Below are positions 63,901 through 64,000 of a stretch of 64,000 nucleotides of DNA, in pieces. The translations under genes were made by a program, and so were the position numbers. Below the pieces are notes generated by a model. It was given only the letters and a program-made list of their open reading frames with translations. It had not been told where the DNA came from and searched no databases. The DNA is from Paraglomus brasilianum (lineage: Eukaryota): NCBI GenBank assembly GCA_910592345.1, contig CAJVPI010000029.1, forward strand, positions 1-64,000, in the 5' to 3' direction. Position 1 is the first letter of the stretch; the number at the start of each line of letters is the position of its first letter.

Positions 63901-64000
63901 CATGTATGCTATGCAAATTACAATAGTTTTTTTATGATTTTGAAGCTAATCGATTGCACTTTTTGAAAATAATAACAATAAATTTTATACATTCATCACT

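Overview
Eukaryotic, intron-rich, AT-rich fungal DNA. Gene families, repeat relics and a minor-spliceosome intron point to an early-diverging fungus, most likely a Glomeromycotina arbuscular-mycorrhizal fungus (inference). Spliced genes rebuilt by hand: partial Uma2-like PD-(D/E)XK nuclease (+), VHS-GAT adaptor (Lsb5/Tom1-like, -), sphingomyelinase-like EEP hydrolase (-), Ser/Pro-rich disordered protein (-), Bqt3/Gtt3-like membrane protein (-), orphan type-I membrane protein (-), PH-domain protein (-), Rax1-like RGS-TM protein (+), lipid-droplet hydrolase LDAH (-), UBE2O-like E2/E3 hybrid (-), TFIIIC B-block subunit Tfc3 (+), SANTA-domain KNL2/M18BP1 homolog (+) and a small hypothetical protein (+). 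A nested transposon cluster spans about 15.9-21.5 kb (MULE relic, 5'-truncated LINE, LTR-like segment, Tc1 relics, 679-bp MITE). Main observations: (1) the terminal 20 bp of the LINE at 17.2 kb recurs twice at 54.7 and 55.9 kb as stand-alone micro-insertions with their own target-site duplications, cut at the same point; (2) a U12-type AT-AC intron in UBE2O that is masked by an in-frame GT-AG alternative; (3) a compact fungal KNL2 ending in a CENP-C-like motif. All family assignments are from motif recognition, not database searches.
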